Assembly (NCBI GenBank): GCA_964629655.1
Contig: CAZVQU010000002.1
Span: 298,840 to 362,839, forward strand
Length of the DNA: 64,000 bases
Reading direction: 5' to 3'
Origin: an uncultured Planctomycetia bacterium
GTDB taxonomy: Bacteria > Omnitrophota > Gorgyraeia > Duberdicusellales > 4484-171
Under the pieces are notes generated by a model. That model was not told the origin of the DNA. It searched no databases and saw nothing but the letters and a program-made list of their open reading frames with translations. Position 1 is the first letter of the stretch. Each line of letters opens with the position of its first letter. Of the stretch, positions 28,129-38,466 are shown in pieces. Both the position numbers and the translations under genes were made by a program.

Positions 28129-29442
28129 TTAAGCTTCGACTAGAGCAAACATAAGTTCAGCCTCAGCAACCACCTTATCATTCACAAAGGCCTTGGTGAT
28201 AACCGAACCAGTTTTGCTTCTTATCTTCCCAGAAACTACCTCTATAACTAGTTGATCTCCGGGTAGGACAGTTTTTCTAAATTTGATATTATTTGCAGCC
28301 ATAAAATAAGCTAATTTCCCCCTATGCTCTTCACAAGCTAGCATAAGCACTCCGCCAACCTGAGCCATTGCCTCAACAATAAGCACACCGGGCATAACAG
28401 GCTTACCAGGGAAATGACCCTGGAAAAAATGTTCATTCATGGTAACATTCTTGATGCCAACAGCCTTTTTGCCTTTCTCAAGATAAATTATCCTGTCTAC
28501 AAGCAGAAAAGGATATCGATGGGGTAATATTTTCATTATCTCCTCAATATTAAGTTCTTCCTTCTGAGGAATGTAAAAAGTCTGCGACCTCACCCCAGCG
28601 CTTCGAGATCTCTCTTTATACTTACGTAGTTTTTCTAATAATTTTATATTTAAAGAGTGGCCACCCCTAACACCAATAACATGCCCTTTAATCGGACCAG
28701 CCAAATACAAATCGCCAATTAAATCTAGGATTTTGTGCTTAACAAATTCATTATCAAGCCTTAACTTATTATCTAATATCTTTTTATCAGAAACAACCAA
28801 GGTATTCTTGTAGTTTGCTCCCTTTCCTAAGCCCATATCCAATAAAGACTTAACCTCGGCCTCTAAACAAAAAGTCCGAGCTTCATAAAGATCATCTTTC
28901 AAATCTCCGTTAAGTACTAGGTCAACATAACCGGAACCAACTACAGGATTATCATAACTTAAGATGTAGGATATCCGTAATCTAGGGTAAGGCAAGATTA
29001 CAATACTGGCTGAATCCTCTTCAACCCATAAAGGCTCCCTTACTATTAAACGATTACGTGAAAGCTCTTGCTCCTGCCAACCAACTTCTCTTATTCTTTC
29101 TACAAAATCTTTAGCGCTTCCGTCTAGCCCGGGAACTTCTTCTCCCCAAATATTTATTTGTATATTGTCAATACCTAAAAGATGTAGGGCGGCCATAAGA
29201 TGCTCAACCGTATGTACGTATACACCATTTGCACCCACAGAAGTACGTCGGGGAAATTCGTCAGGATTTAAAACAGAATAAGAATTAGCCTTAATTAAAG
29301 ACGGTGATTCGATGTCTTTTCTTAAAAAAGTTATTCCTGTGTCTGCCGACGCCGGCAAAAGCTCTAATTTAGTCTTCTTCCCGGTATGGAGACCTACGCC
29401 TTCCAATTCTATCTTACTATTGATTGTTCTTTGATTGTCCAT
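28129..29442 (-). CDS. lpxC-fabZ: bifunctional UDP-3-O-acyl-GlcNAc deacetylase / 3-hydroxyacyl-ACP dehydratase (LpxC-FabZ fusion)
   Basis: 437 aa. The N-terminal ~280 aa is LpxC-like (ELEGVGLHTGK, HTVEHLMAAL). The C-terminal ~150 aa is FabZ (LPHRYPFLLVDRI, HFFQGHFPGKPVMPGVLIVEAMAQ). Confidence 0.85.
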   Translation of the reverse strand: MDNQRTINSKIELEGVGLHTGKKTKLELLPASADTGITFLRKDIESPSLIKANSYSVLNPDEFPRRTSVGANGVYVHTVEHLMAALHLLGIDNIQINIWGEEVPGLDGSAKDFVERIREVGWQEQELSRNRLIVREPLWVEEDSASIVILPYPRLRISYILSYDNPVVGSGYVDLVLNGDLKDDLYEARTFCLEAEVKSLLDMGLGKGANYKNTLVVSDKKILDNKLRLDNEFVKHKILDLIGDLYLAGPIKGHVIGVRGGHSLNIKLLEKLRKYKERSRSAGVRSQTFYIPQKEELNIEEIMKILPHRYPFLLVDRIIYLEKGKKAVGIKNVTMNEHFFQGHFPGKPVMPGVLIVEAMAQVGGVLMLACEEHRGKLAYFMAANNIKFRKTVLPGDQLVIEVVSGKIRSKTGSVITKAFVNDKVVAEAELMFALVEA

Positions 29443-29444
29443 AT

Positions 29445-30479
29445 TTATCCTTTGCTTTCCTCTTCCAAACTTTTTACTTTCTCTTCAAGTTCTTTTATTT
29501 TCTTGTAAAGTTCCGGCAGGCGCTGCAAACAAGCATTAACCCTCAGCGCTGTCTCGTGAGGTTTTGCTGGATATCCGGAAACTTTAACGCCAGCAGGAAT
29601 AGATTTTGTTACTCCAGCCTGAGCAGCAACAATCGCCTTATCGCCAATGCGAATATGCCCCACTATTCCAGCTTGACCGGCTAAAATAACTCCTTTGCCT
29701 AAAGTAGTACTCCCTGATACTCCAGCCTGAGCGACAATAACACAATTCTCTCCAGTAACAACATTATGGGCAATTTGAACAAGATTATCTACCTTTGTTC
29801 CTTTGCCAATAACTGTCCTATCGAATCGGGCTCTGTCAATTGTAACGTTTGCTCCAATCTCAGCATCATCCTCTATTAAAACTGTTCCGATTTGAGGTAT
29901 CTTCTCTTGCACTCCCCCTACCATAGCAAACCCAAAACCATCACTGCCAATTACAGTTCCGGAATGAATAATTACCCTGTCACCAATCTCTGTTTGCTCT
30001 CTTATTGAAACATTGGGATAGACAAGACACTTCCTCCCGACTTTGGCACGGCATCCAAGATAACAACCACTATAAATAATTGAACCTTCTCCTATTTCAA
30101 CACCATCCTCAACAACTACACAAGCACCAATAGCTACATCCTTTGCAATTCGCGCATTTGAAGAAATTATTGCTGCGGGATGAATACCACTAGGATGTTT
30201 GATACCACTAGAAGCAACCAGGCTAACCACCTTAGTAAAAGCTATTGAAGGATTATCAGTCTTGATCAAAGACTTGGAAGTCTCAACCGGATCCCGCGAA
30301 GTAATTATTGCTGCAGCCTTAGTGGTTTCTACTAAAGAAGCATATTTAGAGTTAGCCAGAAAAGTTATATCACCTTCTTTGGCCTCTTTTATCCCTGAGA
30401 TACCAGTGATAGCGACAGAAGGATCACCAACCAACTCCCCATTAACTAAATGGGCAATTTCCTTAAGGGTAAACCTCAT
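29445..30479 (-). CDS. lpxD: UDP-3-O-acylglucosamine N-acyltransferase
   Basis: 344 aa. LpxD N-terminal domain (FTLKEIAHLVNGELVGD) + hexapeptide repeats. C-terminal coiled-coil tail. Confidence 0.85.
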   Translation of the reverse strand: MRFTLKEIAHLVNGELVGDPSVAITGISGIKEAKEGDITFLANSKYASLVETTKAAAIITSRDPVETSKSLIKTDNPSIAFTKVVSLVASSGIKHPSGIHPAAIISSNARIAKDVAIGACVVVEDGVEIGEGSIIYSGCYLGCRAKVGRKCLVYPNVSIREQTEIGDRVIIHSGTVIGSDGFGFAMVGGVQEKIPQIGTVLIEDDAEIGANVTIDRARFDRTVIGKGTKVDNLVQIAHNVVTGENCVIVAQAGVSGSTTLGKGVILAGQAGIVGHIRIGDKAIVAAQAGVTKSIPAGVKVSGYPAKPHETALRVNACLQRLPELYKKIKELEEKVKSLEEESKG

Positions 30480-30988
30480 TTCTCTTTCTTATACTTCTTG
30501 TTGGAAATTTTCAGAATCTCGTCAGTTACATCCATAGCCTTGGTGCCATAGAGAACAACATTAGAATTAACTATTAATTTGAAATGATTCTTCTTAGCAT
30601 AATCTTTCACTATCACATCAATGTCCTCAACTATATCTTTCATCTTGTCGTCTCTTTCTTTTTTTATATCAGTAAAAGCTTCCCTCTCTAAATCACGATA
30701 TTCTTTAAGTTCTTTATTGAGCTTCTCTTCTTCTTTTGCTCTTTCACCCTCTTTGAGCAAGTCTAACTTACCCTGAAGTTTCTCGATAGTCGCCTTCTTC
30801 TTTTCTAACTTTTTCTCGACACCTTTTTTCTTTGCCTCTAATTTCTCATCATATTCCTTGGTCTTCTCGTAATCATTAAAAACTTTGAATATGTCCACAT
30901 ACCCAATCTTTAAATCTTCGGAAAAACAAGTAGAAGAAAATGACATCATTACTGTTAATACTAATAAACATCCAATAATCCTCTTCAT
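30476..30988 (-). CDS. skp: periplasmic chaperone Skp/OmpH
   Basis: 170 aa. Signal peptide, then Lys/Glu-rich coiled-coil (KEYDEKLEAKKKGVEKKLEKKK). Sits between bamA and lpxD, as is typical. Confidence 0.75.
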   Translation of the reverse strand: MKRIIGCLLVLTVMMSFSSTCFSEDLKIGYVDIFKVFNDYEKTKEYDEKLEAKKKGVEKKLEKKKATIEKLQGKLDLLKEGERAKEEEKLNKELKEYRDLEREAFTDIKKERDDKMKDIVEDIDVIVKDYAKKNHFKLIVNSNVVLYGTKAMDVTDEILKISNKKYKKEK

Positions 30989-30999
30989 AACTGCACCTC

Positions 31000-33309
31000 C
31001 TAGAATGACCTGCTTACATTAAAGTGAAACCTTCCCTCTTTACCTTCCTCACCAGCCTCGGTATCTAAAGGCCAACCGTAATCAACGCTTACCGGGCCAA
31101 TAGGGGTATTTACCCTGAAGCCTAAACCAACACTGGACATAAAATTGCTCTCATCAACATTGCTACTACTTTCACCCCAAACTTTTCCTATATCAAAAAA
31201 GGTAGCAGCCTTAAGAAAATCGGCCAAAGGATAGGTATATTCAATATTTCCTATAAGCATCTTATCTCCACCAACCGGATCGTCAGTGTTTTTATCAATA
31301 GGGCCTACTTTTCTCTCTCTATAGCCACGGACAGTAGACGCTCCTCCGGCAAAAAACCTCGCATAAATAGGTATCTTGGAAGTATCACCAAAATCTTGGG
31401 CATAGCCTCCGCGAAGCCTTAACTCCACTACTGACTCATTAGGCGCCGGAGCATAAAAGCTTACCCGACCAAAGTATTTTATAAAGTCTCTATCTCCGCT
31501 CAAAGGCCCTCCAAAAACTTGGAAAATATTATTGATGTAAATACCTTTTGAAGTGGAAAAAACACTGTCCCGGCTATCATAAGAGAGCTGGGTTTCCACA
31601 CTACTTAAATCAGTACTTCCAATCTCATCAGTAAGTTCTGCGGTTGCATCACTGACAACATCGCTAATCTTAACATTTTCAAATCTATAAGCAAGCCCTC
31701 CCTTCCAGTAGTCATTGAACTCTCTGCCCAGACGCAATACTCCACCCTTTATATCCTCCTTGTAAGCATAGCCGACGTTGTCATCCTGATCATGGCCTTT
31801 TCTGTAGCCGTCGAAACCAAAAGAAACCGGCTTATCGAATATCCAAGGATTAGTAAAACTTAGCTGATAACGTTTAGTCAAAGTTCCCATGCTAAGCATT
31901 ACGCTCAAATCCTGACCGGCACCGGTAAAGGTAGAAAAATTTCTATAGTCAAAATTGCGCTGTCTTATCTCTACGAACCCCATAAACTCATCTATGGAGC
32001 TATAACCTCCTCCGAAACTAAAATGGCCTGTCTTTGCTTCTTTTACATCAACGACCAAATCAACACTGTTGGACTCAGAACCTGGCTCTGTGCCAAACCT
32101 TATCTCTTCAAAAAATCCCATGTTGTCTAACCTTTCCTTGCTTTTTTTTATCTTCTTACCATCAAACCTCTCGCCAGGATAAACCCTTAGCTCTCGACGA
32201 ACTACCTTATCCTTAGTTTTAAGATTTCCTTTGATATTTATATCCTCAATATAGGCAATATTATTCTCAACAATCTTATAAGCAATGTCTATTCTCCCTG
32301 TTTTCGGATTAAGAAGACTCAAGGGATCAATCTGAGAAAATATATACCCTTTATCTACATAAACCTCCCTTATCAGTGAAGAATCTACATAAACAGCTTG
32401 TTCACTATAAATACTCCCCTCTTTTAACTCCATTGCTGAAAATACAGCATGTCTAGGAATCTCTTCTATCCCCTCTACTGTTATCTTACCTACATAGTAA
32501 CGCTTCCCTTCGTTGACATTAACAGTAAGATAAACCCCCTTAGGCAGGTAGGCAATATCTATGTCCACTAAGGCATCGCTGAACCCCTCCAATTTATAAA
32601 AGTCAGCTATGCGCCTTGTGTCATCTTCAAGAACTTCCTTTTTGAAAATCCCTCGATTAAAAAGCCAGGCTTTTCTGGTCTTCATTAATTTTATAATTCT
32701 ACGTGCTGATATAATTTTATTCCCTAAAACCTTTACACTTCTAACTTTTAAAACCCCTTTTTCGTTAATGGTCAGTCTAACCCTAACCTCATTCTTGCCA
32801 ACTACAGGATTTATCTTGTAACTAACTTCGGCTTGAGAAAAACCCTTGATATTGTAAAGGTCTTTTATCTTTCTCACTGCCTCCCTTACCTTAAACTCAT
32901 CAACAAAAGAACCTTCTTTTATATCGATGGAATCTTTTATATTCTTCTTGCGGATAAAACGCATTCCCTCAATAGTTATCTTTTTAAGCAGAGGTTTCTC
33001 TTTAACTTTAAAGAGAATAACCACCCCTTCAGTAACATCTTTCTTCTCTGCTTCTACAGTCTCAAAAAATCCTGCAGCGTAAAGGTTTTTCACATCTTCA
33101 TTGATAACATTTTTATTGTAAGGCTGGCCGGCACGAATCTTGATTTTAGAAACAATGGTCGCATCGCTAACAATTGTATTCCCTTCAATGTCAATGCGGT
33201 ATATAGAGTCTTTGGGGTAGGCTGTTAGAGTAAAACAAAAAAGTAGTGAAAATAAAAGGACTTTTTGCACCATTTTAAATATTATAAAGGTATTATTTCT
33301 CAAAGTCAA
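31000..33309 (-). CDS. bamA: outer membrane protein assembly factor BamA (Omp85)
   Basis: 769 aa. Signal, then repeated POTRA-like segments and a C-terminal beta-barrel ending ...RFHFNVSRSF. Start may be an internal Met (MVQKVLLF). Confidence 0.85.
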   Translation of the reverse strand: MTLRNNTFIIFKMVQKVLLFSLLFCFTLTAYPKDSIYRIDIEGNTIVSDATIVSKIKIRAGQPYNKNVINEDVKNLYAAGFFETVEAEKKDVTEGVVILFKVKEKPLLKKITIEGMRFIRKKNIKDSIDIKEGSFVDEFKVREAVRKIKDLYNIKGFSQAEVSYKINPVVGKNEVRVRLTINEKGVLKVRSVKVLGNKIISARRIIKLMKTRKAWLFNRGIFKKEVLEDDTRRIADFYKLEGFSDALVDIDIAYLPKGVYLTVNVNEGKRYYVGKITVEGIEEIPRHAVFSAMELKEGSIYSEQAVYVDSSLIREVYVDKGYIFSQIDPLSLLNPKTGRIDIAYKIVENNIAYIEDINIKGNLKTKDKVVRRELRVYPGERFDGKKIKKSKERLDNMGFFEEIRFGTEPGSESNSVDLVVDVKEAKTGHFSFGGGYSSIDEFMGFVEIRQRNFDYRNFSTFTGAGQDLSVMLSMGTLTKRYQLSFTNPWIFDKPVSFGFDGYRKGHDQDDNVGYAYKEDIKGGVLRLGREFNDYWKGGLAYRFENVKISDVVSDATAELTDEIGSTDLSSVETQLSYDSRDSVFSTSKGIYINNIFQVFGGPLSGDRDFIKYFGRVSFYAPAPNESVVELRLRGGYAQDFGDTSKIPIYARFFAGGASTVRGYRERKVGPIDKNTDDPVGGDKMLIGNIEYTYPLADFLKAATFFDIGKVWGESSSNVDESNFMSSVGLGFRVNTPIGPVSVDYGWPLDTEAGEEGKEGRFHFNVSRSF

Positions 33310-34658
33310 TCCTCCTTTTCTCTAGCCATGTCGGTAAATTTGGTATACTCCTTTAAGAAAGTTAACTTAATCGTCCCTACTGGACCATTTCTTTGTTTAG
33401 CAATAATAACATCAGCTGTGCCTTGATTCTCGTCGGTAGGTTTGTAATACTCTTCTCTAAACAAAAGAACAACTACGTCTGAATCCTGCTCAATCGCCCC
33501 AGACTCTCTTAAATCTGATAATTTAGGACGGTGGCCCTCTCGTGATTCAACAGCCCTTGATAGCTGGCTTACAGCAATTACCGGAACGTTTAACTCTTTA
33601 GCCAAAGCTTTTAGGCTTTGGGAAATATCTGATATCTCCTGTTGTCGATTATCGCCTCGACGCATGCCTCTAATCAACTGTAAATAGTCTACAAGGATAA
33701 GTTGGATGTTGTGATGTGCCTTTAATCGCCTAGCCTTTGATCTTATTTCAAAAATATTCAAAGCTGGAGTATCATCAATGTAAATCGGGGCCTCAGATAA
33801 CTTCCCGGCAGCATTAGTTAAAATTGGCCACTCTGAAGGAGCAAGAAAACCAGTTCTAACCCGGTTAATTTCAACCTTAGCCTGCGCGCACAAAAAACGC
33901 TGCATAAGTTGCTCCTTCGACATTTCTAGACTAAAAATCGCTACCGGTATCTTCTCCTCTACAGCCACAAAACCAGCGATAGAAGTAACGAAAGCGCTTT
34001 TACCCATTGAAGGCCTACCAGCAGCGATTATTAAATCACTTTTTTGCAAACCAGCAGTTTTTAAGTCAAAATCCTTAAATCCAGTAGGTATTCCGGTTAC
34101 TCGCGACTTTTTATGGTAAAGAGACTCAATAAGCTCAATACCATCCTTAATTATATCCTTTATGTGGACGTAACTGCCTTCTACGCGGCGATCGCTTATT
34201 TCAAAAATAAGTTTTTCGGCTTTATCTAAGATACTGCTAACTTCTTCCTGCTCCTTATACACCGAAGCTGCGATTTCGTTAGCGCTCCCTATCAAAGAAC
34301 GCAGAATTTCTTTCTCTTTAACGATGCGTGCATAGTGGGAAGCATTAGCAGAGGTAGGAACAAAGTCAGCGAGGGTAGTCAAGTAAGCGCTCCCGCCAAC
34401 CTTCTCGAGTAATTTCTTTTTGTTTAAGGCTTCTGAAACTGTTAAGATGTCGATTTTTTTCCGAGCATCAAAAAGAGAAACAATGGTTTTGAAAATTACC
34501 TGGTGTTCTCCCTTGTAAAATGATGCCTCGTAAACAAACTCAAGGATTTCTGCTACGACCTTTTCATCAATCAGCATTGCTCCCAGAGTAGCCATCTCTG
34601 CTTCAATATTCTGGGGCGGAATTTTATCTAAGTGTTTGACAGGACTATCTACACTCAT
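33306..34658 (-). CDS. dnaB: replicative DNA helicase
   Basis: 450 aa. N-terminal PQNIEAEMATLGAMLID, Walker A GRPSMGKSAF, RecA-like C-terminal domain. Confidence 0.9.
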   Translation of the reverse strand: MSVDSPVKHLDKIPPQNIEAEMATLGAMLIDEKVVAEILEFVYEASFYKGEHQVIFKTIVSLFDARKKIDILTVSEALNKKKLLEKVGGSAYLTTLADFVPTSANASHYARIVKEKEILRSLIGSANEIAASVYKEQEEVSSILDKAEKLIFEISDRRVEGSYVHIKDIIKDGIELIESLYHKKSRVTGIPTGFKDFDLKTAGLQKSDLIIAAGRPSMGKSAFVTSIAGFVAVEEKIPVAIFSLEMSKEQLMQRFLCAQAKVEINRVRTGFLAPSEWPILTNAAGKLSEAPIYIDDTPALNIFEIRSKARRLKAHHNIQLILVDYLQLIRGMRRGDNRQQEISDISQSLKALAKELNVPVIAVSQLSRAVESREGHRPKLSDLRESGAIEQDSDVVVLLFREEYYKPTDENQGTADVIIAKQRNGPVGTIKLTFLKEYTKFTDMAREKED

Positions 34659-34667
34659 TAGGTATGA

Positions 34668-35111
34668 TTATTTTTTCACAACCCAAACACGTAAAGTTGC
34701 TTCTACTCCGGAGTATACTTTTACCTTTAAATTGTAAACTCCCAGTTTCCTTATTGGCTCATCTAAAACTAAAGAATCTTTTTCTAGCTCTATACCTTCA
34801 GGCTGCAGAAGCTTTAAAATTTGGGCTTCGTTAATAGCCCCGTAGAGCTCCTCGTCATCTTTAGCTTCAGCCGTAACAGTTAAAGAAATCTTTTCTATTT
34901 CTTCTTTTACCTTTGAAAAATCCTGCTTTTTCTTCTCTTCTATCTTAGCCTTAACTTTTTTGATCTCCTCAAGCCGCTTAAAACTTCCCTCTGTAGCAAC
35001 AAAAGCTAACCCTTGAGGAATAAGGTAATTACGGCCATAACCATCTTTAACCTCTACAGTATCCCCTTCCTTACCCAACTTTTTCGAATCTTTAAGCAGA
35101 ATTACCTTCAT
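34668..35111 (-). CDS. rplI: 50S ribosomal protein L9
   Basis: 147 aa. MKVILLKD...GDTVEVKDGYGRNYLIPQGLA. Confidence 0.9.
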   Translation of the reverse strand: MKVILLKDSKKLGKEGDTVEVKDGYGRNYLIPQGLAFVATEGSFKRLEEIKKVKAKIEEKKKQDFSKVKEEIEKISLTVTAEAKDDEELYGAINEAQILKLLQPEGIELEKDSLVLDEPIRKLGVYNLKVKVYSGVEATLRVWVVKK

Positions 35112-35128
35112 CTTGTAGTGCCCCCTTA

Positions 35129-35407
35129 TTAAGAAAAAACTCTTCCTGTGTATGGAACCAAATTAAGAAACCTTGCCCGCTTAATCTCTTTAGACACCTT
35201 CCTCTGATGCTTAGCGCAATTACCGCTGATACGTCGAGAGAGAATCTTTCCACGCGAGGATACATAGCGGGTAAGAAGTTCTAAATTCTTGTAGTCAATC
35301 TCTACTTCATTTTTACAGAAAACACAATCCTTCTGAATCCTAACACCCACTCCTTTTCTAGGAGCTCTTTTAGCTTTAGCATCTTTTGCCTTCTTTTTGT
35401 TAAACAT
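35129..35407 (-). CDS. rpsR: 30S ribosomal protein S18
   Basis: 92 aa. [14 protein letters not shown]...[26 protein letters not shown]. Confidence 0.9.
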   Translation of the reverse strand: MFNKKKAKDAKAKRAPRKGVGVRIQKDCVFCKNEVEIDYKNLELLTRYVSSRGKILSRRISGNCAKHQRKVSKEIKRARFLNLVPYTGRVFS

Positions 35408-35408
35408 T

Positions 35409-35834
35409 TTAAATCGCCTCTCCTAATTTGTCATCGTTTTTCTCTAAATTCAAAGCTTCTACTGGCTCTTCCCCTAAGTCTACTTCACTAGACTCCTGCC
35501 TTTGACCTTGAGGCATAAATTGGACTCTTGTAGCCACTATCTCTAAGACACTTCTGTTTTTACCTTCGTTATTTTGCCAAGAGCGAGACTGAATCCTTCC
35601 TTCCACAAAGACTCCTCTCCCCTTTTGCAAATATTGATTGCAAACTTCAGCCATCTGAGCCCAAACAACGACATTAACAAAACAAGTATCCTTATTAATC
35701 TGTCCATCTTTGCCTTTAAATGATCTATTGGCAGCTATTCTCAAGGTAGCTACGGCTGTTCCCTGAGGTGTATATCTTAACTCTGGGTCTTTAGTTAAAT
35801 TCCCAACTAAAAATACCTTGTTTAAACTAACCAT
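35409..35834 (-). CDS. ssb: single-stranded DNA-binding protein
   Basis: 141 aa. [24 protein letters not shown]-fold start. Acidic C-terminal tail. Confidence 0.9.
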   Translation of the reverse strand: MVSLNKVFLVGNLTKDPELRYTPQGTAVATLRIAANRSFKGKDGQINKDTCFVNVVVWAQMAEVCNQYLQKGRGVFVEGRIQSRSWQNNEGKNRSVLEIVATRVQFMPQGQRQESSEVDLGEEPVEALNLEKNDDKLGEAI

Positions 35835-35854
35835 TTTTACCTCCCTGGCTAAAC

Positions 35855-36193
35855 TTAACTGGTAAGTCCGGATTTAGCCTTGCCTTCTCGACTTATGATA
35901 AGATTCCTTAGAATCCTTTCTTCTAACCTTATCGTCTCTTTTAACTCGGGTAGCTTTTCTATATCTAGAGTAAAATTGATAAGCCAGTAACAACCTTTAT
36001 AATATTTCTTTTTCTCGGCACCTCTTGAGCGTAGAAAATAATAGAACTTTCTCTCCTTAATCCACACCTTAGAAGCTAAAACCTCCCCCTTTAAACCCTT
36101 AATTCGCTCGGAGAGCTTACCAAAGACCTCTTCTCTTCCTTGATCGTCCAAATCTGGCTTTAAAATAATCATGCTTTCGTACTCTCTGTCCAC
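35855..36193 (-). CDS. rpsF: 30S ribosomal protein S6
   Basis: 112 aa. YESMIILKPDLDD start. Conserved rpsF-ssb-rpsR-rplI order. Confidence 0.85.
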   Translation of the reverse strand: MDREYESMIILKPDLDDQGREEVFGKLSERIKGLKGEVLASKVWIKERKFYYFLRSRGAEKKKYYKGCYWLINFTLDIEKLPELKETIRLEERILRNLIISREGKAKSGLTS

Positions 36194-36195
36194 TA

Positions 36196-36765
36196 TTATC
36201 CTCCTCGTCTGTTATATTTTTGCATCGAAAAATTAATTCCTCTATTAACCCAATCCAAGGATGCTGATGCTGCTTCCTGGATAGCAGTATCTAAAATCTC
36301 CCTCTCTGCTTTGGAGAAATCAGAAAGAACATAGTCAGATAATTCTTGATTTTGCGAACTACCGATGCCTATTCTTAACCTGCTAAGGTCTTCACTCCCT
36401 AAAGCTGACACTATCGAAACCATACCTCGATGTCCAGCACAAGAACCTCCGACTCTAAACCTAATTTTACCTAGAGGCAAATCGGCATCATCGTAAATTA
36501 TCAAAACATCTGAAAGACTAACCTTATACTTATTTAAGACCTTCTTCACACACAACCCCGAGTTGTTCATGAAAGTGCGGGGTTTAACAAAAAAAAACCA
36601 ACCTTCAGGATCTTTCTTCTTGGCAATGTAAGAAGATGTTCTAAAACTTCTCTTGAACTCCAAGTTTTGATCGCTTACTAAGCTCTCAAGAACTTTATAG
36701 CCAACATTATGCCGATTATTCCTATATTGCTGGCCTGGGTTACCCAAACCAAAGATAATTTTCAC
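36196..36765 (-). CDS. pth: peptidyl-tRNA hydrolase
   Basis: 189 aa. MKIIFGLGNPG...NRHNVGY signature. Confidence 0.9.
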   Translation of the reverse strand: MKIIFGLGNPGQQYRNNRHNVGYKVLESLVSDQNLEFKRSFRTSSYIAKKKDPEGWFFFVKPRTFMNNSGLCVKKVLNKYKVSLSDVLIIYDDADLPLGKIRFRVGGSCAGHRGMVSIVSALGSEDLSRLRIGIGSSQNQELSDYVLSDFSKAEREILDTAIQEAASASLDWVNRGINFSMQKYNRRGG

Positions 36766-36791
36766 TTATCTTCCTAATTACCCTTGCTCTT

Positions 36792-37511
36792 CTATTCTTT
36801 CTTGTCTTTCTCTTCTTTCTTAACTTCTTCTTTCCGTGCTTCCTTTCCCTCGCCCTCGCTCGGGGCTTCCTCCGGTCGCTTTTCCTTAATAACCTCTGGC
36901 TCCGTAGGGGCCTCTTCTGTGGTTAGGACTTCTTCTTCAACTTCTTCTTCCTTGGCCAAGGCTGTAACTACAGTTGCCCCGGAATCAGTTACAATTACTA
37001 TATTAGCAGGGATAGTTAAATCAGAAACATGCAAAGAATGGCCAATTGTTAACTCTGAAATATCCACTTCGATTTTTTCGGGAATATCTAAAGGAAGACC
37101 TTCCACTTCTAGCTCTCTTAGGATCTGTTCTAGGGTTCCACTTTCTTCCTTAACCTGTTTTGACTCACCCTTAAGCACTATCGAAACATGAACCTTTATT
37201 TTCTCTTTCAAAGAAACCTTCAAAAAATCAACATGGATAACATCCTCAGTAAGAGGGTGAAATTGGACATCCTTAATAAGGACTGGGATAGATTTAGCCT
37301 TCTTCTCGTTGGCTATCTCCATGTCAATCACAGCACTCTCGGAAAAATGTATCGCCCGTAAAGCCTTAAGGCCAATAAAAGGAATTGACAACGTAATGTT
37401 GATATCGTCACTATATACTACCGCCGGGACACAGCCCTGTTTGCGTAATCTCTTTACCTTTTCTTTTCCTATTTCCTCTCTCTTCTCAACCTTGATTTTT
37501 ATCCTCTCCAT
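36792..37511 (-). CDS. rplY: 50S ribosomal protein L25 / general stress protein Ctc (with Lys/Glu-rich C-terminal extension)
   Basis: 239 aa. EKREEIGKEKVKRLRKQGCVPAVVY L25 N-terminus. Charged tail. Confidence 0.85.
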   Translation of the reverse strand: MERIKIKVEKREEIGKEKVKRLRKQGCVPAVVYSDDINITLSIPFIGLKALRAIHFSESAVIDMEIANEKKAKSIPVLIKDVQFHPLTEDVIHVDFLKVSLKEKIKVHVSIVLKGESKQVKEESGTLEQILRELEVEGLPLDIPEKIEVDISELTIGHSLHVSDLTIPANIVIVTDSGATVVTALAKEEEVEEEVLTTEEAPTEPEVIKEKRPEEAPSEGEGKEARKEEVKKEEKDKKE

Positions 37512-37523
37512 TGCATCATCTCC

Positions 37524-38462
37524 CTATTGATCAAAAAGTACGCTTATCGACTTCTCAAAGTGGATTCTCTTTATTGCTTCAGCAAAAAGGCTGTCTACCG
37601 AGACAACTTTTACCTTCTTAGACTTCTTATTCTTACCTAAAGGAATAGAGTCAGTAATTATCAAAGAATCAATACAAGACTTATCTATCTTACCAACAGC
37701 ATTGTTAGATAATATACCATGAGTAATCGCGGCAAATATCTTCTTTGCTCCGGCATTCTTCAAGGCTTTAGCTGCCTCAGTTAGAGAAGAACCAGTAGCA
37801 ACTATATCGTCAACCATAATAACATTCTTGCCCTTGACCTCACCTAATATATTCATGACCTCTGTAGACTCGGGGGTATTTCTTCTTTTGTCAACAATTG
37901 CTAATCCCGCTTTAAATCGCTTAGCATAGGCACGAGCCATCTTTATCCCGCCAACATCAGGAGAAACAATTACTAAGTTATTGGTCTTTGATTTCTTAAA
38001 ATAATCAACTATGGTATTAATCCCATAGAGATGATCCACCGGGATATCAAAGAAACCTTGAATCTGACCAGCGTGCAAATCTAAAGTTAAAACTCTATTT
38101 GCTCCCGCTCCATATAAAATATTAGCTACCAGTTTAGCAGTAATAGGGACCCTGGGTTGATCCTTGCGGTCCTGTCGGGCATAACCAAAGTAAGGAATTA
38201 CTGCGGTTATTCTAGAAGCCGAGGCTCTGCGTAAAGCATCAAGGATAATCAACAACTCTGTTAAATTCTCATTTACCGGCGGACAAGTAGGTTGAATAAT
38301 AAAAACATCTTTGCCTCTTACATTCTCGTGGACTTTTACTCCAATCTCTCCGTCACTAAAACGAGAGACAGTTAATTTTCCCAGTTCAACATTCAAGCTC
38401 TTAGAAATCTTCTTGGCTAATTCCCTATTGGCCGTCCCGCTAAAAACTATCATCTTATCCAT
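37524..38462 (-). CDS. prs: ribose-phosphate pyrophosphokinase
   Basis: 312 aa. PRPP-binding motif VIMVDDIVATGSSL. Prs N-terminal domain. Confidence 0.9.
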   Translation of the reverse strand: MDKMIVFSGTANRELAKKISKSLNVELGKLTVSRFSDGEIGVKVHENVRGKDVFIIQPTCPPVNENLTELLIILDALRRASASRITAVIPYFGYARQDRKDQPRVPITAKLVANILYGAGANRVLTLDLHAGQIQGFFDIPVDHLYGINTIVDYFKKSKTNNLVIVSPDVGGIKMARAYAKRFKAGLAIVDKRRNTPESTEVMNILGEVKGKNVIMVDDIVATGSSLTEAAKALKNAGAKKIFAAITHGILSNNAVGKIDKSCIDSLIITDSIPLGKNKKSKKVKVVSVDSLFAEAIKRIHFEKSISVLFDQ

Positions 38463-38466
38463 AGTA

